NCBI GenBank assembly: GCA_964106645.2
Contig: OZ067039.1
Length of the DNA stretch: 64,000 nt
Origin: Podarcis pityusensis
Lineage: Eukaryota
Strand: one strand, 5' to 3'
Each line of letters opens with the position of its first letter. Within the stretch, counting starts at the first letter, position 1. The translations under genes were made by a program, and so were the position numbers. The notes under the pieces were generated by a model that saw only the letters and a program-made list of their open reading frames with translations, searched no databases and was not told the DNA's origin. Of this stretch, positions 55,801 to 64,000 are shown in pieces.

Positions 55801-58800
55801 AATTTGTTAACAGCAAACAAGCTGTTTTTTTACTTTGTCTGCCATTACTGATCATTTTGTTGAGGAACTTCTGATAATATGAGGAACACAATTCGAAGGA
55901 AAGTACTTTAAAATAGCAGCTATACTTGGATTTGGTGTCTCTGGCATTAGTTGGTATTAGCTGAAAATACATGTTAGTGTCAGTGGGAAAAAGCTGTTTG
56001 GATATCCTCAAGCTTTAGTAAGAATAAAACAAGAGCATCAAAAAATATTTTTCAAAAGATTAGTAATAGGGATGCCAAATGTCTGGGCTTTACTGGACAC
56101 ATCTGGGAATTGCTCAGAAAAATGGCATCCAGGCATATTTTTGCTGAATTAGCAAAATGTTGGGGAAAACCTGGACGTATGGTAAATTTTGGCTGTTTTT
56201 ATTTTTTTAAATGTTCCTATAAAAGGCTCAACAACTCGGTCTGGATTTTCACTTTGGGGAATATGGCATGGGCAACCCTTATTAATAAAGGGTAGACGGT
56301 ATGAAATCTAAAAAGAAATATTGTTCATAACCATAATACAGAGTGAAGTGGCTAAAAATGGACACTTTCAGATTTCATCGTACTATAGAAGTGCGAGTCA
56401 CCCAGGTATTTGGAAGGAATTGCAAGTTCAAAGTTACTGTTTTAAGAACAAGCTGCTTTTCAGGAGCTGCTTCTAGCCATATGTTGAAAGCCAACACCAA
56501 TTTCAGTGGCAATATTTTTTTACATAATGCCTTGTAGTTAAGGAACAGCAGGGGGAGCTAGCTTCTCTTTCTAGTGTGGAACACACTCGTTAAATTGTTC
56601 AGACAAAGATGAGGGCATAACCTTGGCTACCAAAATATTTGTACTCGTATTAAACTTTACTGTTGCAAAATTGACATGCAGTGATAAAGGTCAACTCCTC
56701 CTTTTTGGTGTGGGGATACATTGCATTGTTTATACTATTATCCTGGTAATCTGCTTTGATATTGGTAGTCCATCTTATAATTAGGTGGTTCTGGACACCC
56801 CCAACTTTTTTTGCTGAGGATTGTTGATTTGTGGGTAGCAACATTATTTACTCATAAAATGTATCTCTCAGTTTCCTGTGCTGTCTCTCATCCTGGAAAT
56901 GGTTAAGACTTCCTAGTGAAGATCAGCACAACCAAAGCAGGAGAACAAGGGATAGTAAAATCAGACATGAAAGACTGCCCCAGGTCACACATTGTGGTAA
57001 ACTATAGTTAATAATTTACCATGAACATGCCAAGCAGGACTGTTTTGCTCCTCCTGGCACATGTTTGGAGGAAACAAACAATTATATTTAGATGAATGTT
57101 TAATCATAGTTTGTTCTATTCTATTAAACCATGATCAGTAAGCCATGATCAAACCTTAATTACAAACTGTGGCTTGTTGGAGTTAAACAAGGCACAATGT
57201 ATGATTCAGACACAATGGAAAGCTAGGAGTTCTTGTTTGTTTCTTGCTTGCATGAGTCAAGAAGAGTGAAGTAGGAGTAATACAATTCTGCATGATAAGC
57301 CATCACCATGATGTGCAAACAAGGTCTCTATTCTCAAGCACCAGTTGTAAATAGGATGTGCAAGGTTTTAAATCCTTTGTGAGGTTAGCACAATCTGGTA
57401 AAGAGAGATGGTTGTTCAGAATCTGTTACAACTGCCCAGGTTCCTTGATGGCGTCAGTGCAGATGTTAGAGGAGAAATGTGCATTACACTGTGAACAGGA
57501 CTGTTGAACTATGTATATCTTAGATCTGCACAAATTGTTCACGAAAGTGCAAAAATTCCAGGTCATTTGAATTGACAAAAAGGCTGTACACATGGCCAAG
57601 TAATGATAAGACTTAAGTGTAGTGAAAAGCTATAGGTGTCTGAAAATTATTGGCGGGCGAACCTTAAAGCAGAATTCTTGTTTTTGGAACTTTCCTTGAT
57701 GTCTCTGCTACTAGACACTGTTGAAGAGAGAGACCAACTGTTTGAAACCCAGAATTGCTGACATTTGGACATGGGTATAATTATAATGAACTGCTTCAAA
57801 ATGACAAGATTTGGCATCAGTCAGGAATTTGTTTTAAGTAGGTTGCAGCTTTCAAATGATATGTAATGGTGCTGGCTGTCTTGCAGGTCAAATGGATGAT
57901 GTATTGGATTGTGTTTGCTTTCTTCACCACAGCAGAGACACTCACAGACATCATTCTCTCTTGGTAAGTACCCTGCCACACTTAGGAAGTAAGCGGGGGG
58001 AGTACTGGATACTTCGATTATTTTTCAGTTATCCATCTAGAATTGGCTGCTGTGAGGCAATTTGGTAAGGTATTCAGCTTCCCTGTAGTTATGCTGTTCT
58101 TGAGAAAAACAAACATGGTGTTGTTCAGGTTTATTATTTGAATGTTCTATAGTAAACCATATACACAATGACTGAAAGCTGTGTTGTTGGCAAAAATGTG
58201 TAGTTGTTCTGCTTGTCCTCCCAACCTAGAAAAAAAAGATATAGGGTCTTCTAGAGCAGGGGTCAGCAATCTAAGGCCCATGGGATGGTAACGGCCCACG
58301 AGGCTTGTCTAACCGGCCCATGGTGACCCCTCCCTTCCCCCCCCTTACTGGCGTGGTGTGGCGTGGGGACCGACTTCCGGGTTGATGGCACCTATGCGCA
58401 TGGGTGCTCCTCCGACCCAGATGTGCACCGGAAATAGCATGTTCACACACGTGTGGGATGGAGAAGCGCCCATGCGCATGCACACACACTATTTCCAGCG
58501 CACTTCTGGGTTGGAGGAGCACCGGAAATAGCGTGTGCGCACATGCACTCCTCCGACCCGGAAGAGCGCACATGCTTTGGCTCATCCTCCGATGGATGGA
58601 GTGTCGACTGGCCCATCCTCCAATTAAGGTTGCCAACCTCTGTTCTAGAGAGCAAAAAATGAATGAAGAATGGGATTCTAGTTTTACGAATCTGATTTGT
58701 GGAGTGCGAGGGAGAAGCTGAAACCTAATGGAAACTACAGGGATAGTTGTAGAGTAATCTTTGAATATTGTGATTCTAGTTCTGATTAAGTGTTAGGTTC

Positions 58801-59519
58801 TGACACTATTGCATGTCTTGTGCTTTGCTAACAAATTTCCAAAGATTTGTTCTCAACAATGTAAATCCCTGTTAGGCAAACATTGAGCTGTATTGTGCTG
58901 ACTTACTTGTCCTGACTAGTACTGAGGACAGAGAAGATGTCCTAATCCTGAAGTATCTGTGTTCAAAACTCCTAGCTGCCACTTTGTCCAGAAGTCTAAA
59001 ATGAAGGGGGTAATTGCTGGGTTGGAAATATCAGTCATTCCCAGGCAGAGGGCCAGTCCTGATGGAACATCCCAGTGTTACTCTCTTCCCAATGCCTCTC
59101 TTCACAAATACTTGAGTAGTGCAACTCCTGGGACAAAACTCTGTTTACAGGGTTGAGGATAACTTTGGATAGGGACTTATCAAGGCTATGGCGAAAACTT
59201 AAAAAGAGACTTCAAGAAGATACATCCAGTAAAGGGTATGTGTGGCCTGTTCAATAGCTGGCCTTGTCATGTTGATTCTGTTCCATCTGTAGCTTCTCTC
59301 TTCTTCCTTCTGCTTATCTCATCTTTGCTGCTCTCTAGACTGTCAGTCTTTGTTCATCTCTAACCTGAGCCTGATTCTAGCTTTTCCATTTCTCTCAGGT
59401 TTCCCTTTTATTTCGAGCTGAAAATCGCATTTGTGATCTGGCTGCTCTCTCCTTACACCAAGGGCTCCAGCGTGCTCTACAGGAAGTTTGTTCACCCAAC
59501 GCTCTCCAATAAGGAGAAG
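52193..59519 (+). CDS. REEP2: REEP2 receptor expression-enhancing protein 2 (ER-shaping DP1/Yop1 family), coding exons 1-4; remainder beyond the window
   Basis: Spliced translation [101 protein letters not shown]; synteny with KDM3B. Confidence 0.96.
52286..52298. promoter_or_regulatory. RFX X-box motif GTTGCTAGGCAAC in REEP2 intron 1
   Basis: Matches GTTRCY-N-RGYAAC within the extended palindrome ccgttgctaggcaacgg, inside the CpG island. Confidence 0.6.
52798..52827 (+). repeat. (AAT)10 microsatellite immediately upstream of the REEP2 exon 2 acceptor
   Basis: Direct reading. Confidence 0.95.
52846..52918 (+). CDS. REEP2: REEP2 exon 2
   Basis: ttccag| acceptor, |gtaagt donor, 73 nt. Confidence 0.95.
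54562..54752 (+). mobile_element. CR1 LINE 3' fragment
   Basis: ...ctagactagaatggagactgtcggatccagcaacttatgttt resembles the reverse complement of the CR1 ends at 48419 and 61578. Confidence 0.55.
57887..57963 (+). CDS. REEP2: REEP2 exon 3
   Basis: ttgcag| acceptor, |gtaagt donor, 77 nt, [13 protein letters not shown]. Confidence 0.95.
58257..58642. mobile_element. Non-autonomous hAT (Charlie-like) MITE
   Basis: 8-bp TSD TTCTAGAG (58249-58256, 58643-58650), the NTCTAGAN target preferred by Charlie elements; TIRs CAGGGGTCAGCAA / TTGCCAACCTCTG. Confidence 0.9.
59399..59519 (+). CDS. REEP2: REEP2 exon 4
   Basis: ctctcag| acceptor, |gtactt donor, 121 nt. Confidence 0.95.
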
Positions 59520-59719
59520 GTACTTCCTTCAGATTGCCCTACATATAAATCCTGGAAGTTTAGTGACATGAGATCATGATAGATTGCAGAAAAGATACTG
59601 GTATTAGCTCTGTCTGTGCTTGATATTAATCATGCTTATGCCTGCTCATAATAGATGTGTGGCAGCTGCTGCTTTTACAGAGCACTAGTGAACTTTACAG
59701 AGAACTAGTGAACACTAGT

Positions 59720-60088
59720 GGGACGCGGGTGGCACTGTGGGTAAAACCTCAGCGCCTAGGGCTTGCCGATCGCATGGTCAGCGGTTCGAATCCCCGCGGC
59801 AGGGTGAGCTCCCGTCTTTCGGTCCCAGCTCCTGCCCACCTAGCAGTTCGAAAGCACCCCTAAGTGCAAGTAGATAAATAGGTATCGCTTTATAGCGGGA
59901 AGGTAAACGGCGTTTCCGTGTGCTGTGCTGGTGCTGGCTCGCCAGAGCAGCTTCGTCACGCTGGCCACATGACCCGGAAGTGTCTCCAGACAGCGCTGGC
60001 CCCCGGCCTCTTAAGTGAGATGGGCGCACAACCCTAGAGTCGGACACGACTGGCCCGTACGGGCAGGGGTACCTTTACCTTTACCTTT
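59720..60088 (+). mobile_element. Full-length Sauria-type SINE (tRNA-derived head, BovB-related tail)
   Basis: Starts GGGACGCGGGTGGC; B box GGTTCGAATCC at 59783-59793; GAGTCGGACACGACT near the 3' end; terminal (ACCTTT)3. Confidence 0.92.
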
Positions 60089-61577
60089 AGTGAACTCCTA
60101 GTTTGTAACCTGATGAGAATTTGTTAGCTCTAACCTGAATAACGTAGCTTTAGAGTAGCGTTCATGGCTCCTAACTGTGAGCCAAAGGGTCATGCATGGA
60201 GAGTTTAAGGGACTTTTTGGAACAACATTTGTTGCAGGGCAGGGGGCTATAACCAGAAGAGAAACTACAAACTTTTTCTGTGTGTGCAGAACTGCAGTCC
60301 ATTCATGCATGAGGCAATTTGGATTCTAGCCAATGTTTTTAGCATTTGCTGCTGTATTAATTGATCTTTTATTAATTTTGGGGACCTTTACTCTTTGTAG
60401 TCTACACTGTGATTAGTGGTAGATGCATAATTACTCTCCTTCATCTCATGTAGTTATAGCACAGGGCAAAGTATAGACATGGTCATTCATTTAGTTTGAG
60501 CCTGCAGATAAGGGGTGACAGTCTCCATCCACATGTAAATGCCTTATGCATTTTTACCTTAGGACAAAATTTTTTTGAGTAATATTTCAGCCTTCTGGGA
60601 GTAGCATTCACTGGAATATTGAAATTCCTTCCTTTCAACCACTATATGTTAGTGCTGGGCAACACTTTGGGAGACTCAGAGCACTTGCTATACGATCCAT
60701 TCTGCTGTGCTATCTAATATGTAATGCTTTCCTGGATTTCTGGATTTTATAGTTGGCTTCATGATGTTGGTGCAAGAAGGGGTTAGGATTTCAGGCAGAA
60801 GTGTCTCAAGATTCAGAAAAATTATGGATACATGGTCATAATGCTAAAAAAGAAGAATGTACTGCACAAGGAAACAAGTTCCATGTGCAGCTTTAAATCA
60901 CATGAACTATATTTAATCCTTTCTCTGCTAATCCCTCAGTGTTGCAAAAGAGAGCTAGGCAGTCCCTAGGAATTAACAGGCCAAAGGCTGGCTGGCTCTG
61001 TCTGAGGACTGCTTCTTACCATACTTTTTGTAACAATATTAGTATATCTGCCTTGTGTCAGTTATGATAGCACATGTATGTTTAAATGATGACTGTTATT
61101 CACAAAATAAACAGGTCTGATAATTGTGAAATGATTAAGCTAAGCTAATTCTCCCTGTATTTGATAGGGATTCCATGGATCCATGAAAGGCAAAGGTATA
61201 CTAACACAAACATTCTCCCAGTCTGCATTTCTTCAAAAGCACTGTACACCTCTATGCTTTTTTGGGGGGGGGGGAGCACAAAGCATTATATTCAATCACA
61301 ATGTCTTTATGCATACATTTAGTTAAGCTTCCTCTAGCACTGACTGACTTCTCAGACTGGTGCTGCTTTTTCATGCTGCTTCACATTCCTTCTTGAAATT
61401 CAGACTTCCGTATTTCTAAAGAGATCCAGAGCATGAGCATAGCAGGATTTCAAAGTTTTATATTTTTAACTAAACGTTAAATCTGTTCCAAGCATGGGAC
61501 TGACTAGGACAGTCAGTATCAGACATTGGAAGATGTGGATATGGTGAATTTCCCACTAAATAACACTAGTTTGCACC

Positions 61578-62080
61578 CATAAGGACATTAGAAGAGCCTG
61601 CTGGATCAGGCCAATGGGCCATCTAGTCTAGCATCCTATTCTCATAGTGACTAACAAGATGTCTGTGGGAAACTGAAGCAGGGGCTGAAGAAAAGAGCAC
61701 TCTCGCCTCTTGGAGTTTCCAGCAACTTGATGTTAGAAGCATTACTGCCTCTAACTGGAGGCAGAGCATAGCCATCATGGCTAGTAGACATTGTTAACTT
61801 TATCCTCCATAAATTTAAAAGCCACTCAACTTGGTGGCCATCGCTGCCTGTAGTGGGAGCGAGTTACATGGTTTCACTAGGCACTGTGTGAATTAGTACT
61901 TTCTTTTATCTGTCCTGAATCTTCCAACATTCAGCTTCACTGGATATGAGTTCTAGTGTTATGAAAGAGGGGGGAAACTTTTCTCTAGCCACTTTCTCTA
62001 TGACATGCATAACTTTAAATTTCTATTGCGTCACCTCTTTCTTGCCTTTTCTCGAAACTAAAAGTTCCAAAAGCTGCAAC
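61578..62080 (-). mobile_element. CR1 LINE 3' fragment
   Basis: cataaggacattagaagagcctgctggatcaggccaatgggccatctagtctagcatcc...ttttatctgtcctgaatcttccaacattcagc. Confidence 0.75.
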
Positions 62081-62647
62081 CTTTGTTTCTCTTTCCCCTT
62101 GGTCATCCACCTGCTGGAGTCAACAATGACTTTTGCACTTGGCTTGCTAGGTCATCATAGTTGTGATACAGAATGCAAAATCAAGAAAGGATTCAATTGC
62201 TGAGTGTGGAATACCACGAGTGGATATTTTTGTCATGTGTGTCTGAAGTGTGGGAGGTCTTCTAGTAGAAGAGATTTAAGAAAATTGACCCCAGGAAGTA
62301 GCTTTCTTTCCGTGGCAAAGTTTTGGTATATGTGTAATTTGTTTTCTCCTTGATGCTGCTAATGTTGAGGAAGACTGAAATTGGCACAACGCTGAATTTG
62401 GCACAATGAAACACAATACAACAATTACATGAGCCTTGATGTTCATTTCTCATTTAAGAACCAAGGGTACATGCTTTCCATTTTTCTCCTGGGGATCAGA
62501 TTTCACAATAGCAGGACACAGCGTTTTTTTTGCTGTGAAGAACCTGTGTCTCTTCTCTTGAGTGGCTAATCATTCAAGTTCTCACTGGATATTAGTATGC
62601 TCTTGTGCTCTAAAAAAAAGGAGTACGAGCCAAAAGGTCATGGTATA

Positions 62648-62851
62648 CTGCATTGGCCTGAACATAAGCCACACTTTCCCCCCAAATTCCAACAGTGAAA
62701 AGTTAAAGTGCGGCTTATTTTCGTGACCTCAGGCTGCCAGCAAAGCGGTGCGGCTCCCCCCACGAAGGGGCCCAGGTATTGTCTCTCCCCCCCCCCCCAT
62801 TTTAAAGGTGCGGCTTATTTGCGGGTGCGGCTTATATTCAGGCCAATACAG
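62648..62851. mobile_element. Tc1/mariner-superfamily (Tc2/pogo-like) MITE
   Basis: TA TSD; ~23-bp TIR CTGCATTGGCCTGAACATAAGCC / GGCTTATATTCAGGCCAATACAG; GTGCGGCTTAT subterminal repeats. Confidence 0.85.
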
Positions 62852-64000
62852 TATCTGTATTCTGATAAATAGGAGAGGTCACACTCTCAATACTTCTAAC
62901 AAACTGATGAGGGTCTTGATTCCACTCAGTCTTGGAAGAGATCCCCCCACTGTTGTTAAAACTAAGAATAATGGTCCTGAAATTTCTCTTATAGTTAATT
63001 GGTTAATCTTTCATAAAATTTGGCTATTTTAGGATCATACTAGACATGACAAGTGCAGCTATTTTTGCTTATTGACCTGTTAGCTATGTTTATGCCTACA
63101 GGTGAACAGTGAGTTCCAAAGTCCATACAATTCAATTGTTTCTGCAGATAGAGTGATTTGATAGCAGCCACCTTTAACAATAACCAGTCCGTGCATTTAG
63201 AGTCTATCAGGGCTACATTCTCTCCAGGTTGGATAGACAAAACATTCTCTCCATTTCAATAGACTAAAATGCAAATCAATCAGTGACAAAATTTTCACCA
63301 GACTCATAATCCAGATGAGTTTAGCCCAGCCTCTGATGTGTGTAAGTCATTGAACCAGTGGTGTAAGAATTTTTTCATGTGTGTTTTTTGGAATGACAGT
63401 GGAGGGAAAATTTCCATTTCATAAGGTGATTAATATCAGTGAATAGTATTAGACAGACTTAGAAGTTTCCAAGTTTTTAGCTTTGTTTACTAAATGCATA
63501 TAAAATAAACATGGTAAATTAGATAAATTTTCTGTATGTCCTAGAAAATTTCCAGTGCAAACAAAGTTTTCTATTGCTAATTACACAAAATTGCATAGGA
63601 AATTTTCCAAAAAGCTTTCCAGAAAAAAAATCCAGAAATGTCCTATTTAACATTTACTGGAAGTCAACATGTTGACATTGATGTTGACATTGAAGCCAAC
63701 ATTTACTGTTATGTCATGATACTTTAAAACTGACCTTTAGAATTATGCTTCATTGCTGCCAGAACTAGTTTGTGAAATTCCTCTCTTCTGTTCCGTAAAG
63801 AAAAGTTACTGCTTGATCTTAGTCTTACTTCCATGTGAATAATTGTTTAAGCATGTTTTTCTTCCCCTCTTACTTGGGTTGCCTGTGTTAAGATGTGTTG
63901 GGTACTTCTAAGTACATGATTCTCAAAATGAGAGGTGTTGGTTTTTCTGTTACTTGTCCTGCTGAACTATTTTTGTACTCTGTAATCTAGTGTATTGCTA

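Noticed and set aside
59720-59800. Possible tRNA gene (A and B boxes)
   Set aside because: It is the tRNA-derived head of a Sauria-type SINE that continues into a SINE body and (ACCTTT)n tail.

Overview
Vertebrate nuclear DNA, most likely a squamate lizard (Sauria-type SINE, BovB/RTE, L2, CR1 and many small DNA-transposon MITEs; lacertid-like repeats, but the taxon is inferred). The + strand carries KDM3B (JMJD1B, H3K9me1/2 JmjC demethylase) from coding exon 2 to the stop codon and 3' UTR (3397-~47520). A CpG-island promoter and coding exons 1-4 of REEP2 follow (52193-59519, continuing past the window), matching the known KDM3B-REEP2-(EGR1) synteny. Exon numbers follow the human genes as I recall them; all boundaries were placed by hand from splice sites and reading frame. 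The dominant structural oddity is a 12,694-bp near-identical direct repeat (18707-31400 and 31601-44294) on either side of a 200-N gap. It duplicates KDM3B exons 12-22 and is most likely an unpurged haplotype overlap, i.e. an assembly artefact. Smaller points of interest are a GC-AG intron, a NAGNAG acceptor, a palindrome-filled MITE open in frame with KDM3B exon 14, a probable antisense solo LTR with a nested MITE, an RFX X-box and a candidate overlapping uORF at REEP2. I see no evidence for a wholly new biological system; the most novel candidates are splicing and regulatory hypotheses that need expression data.
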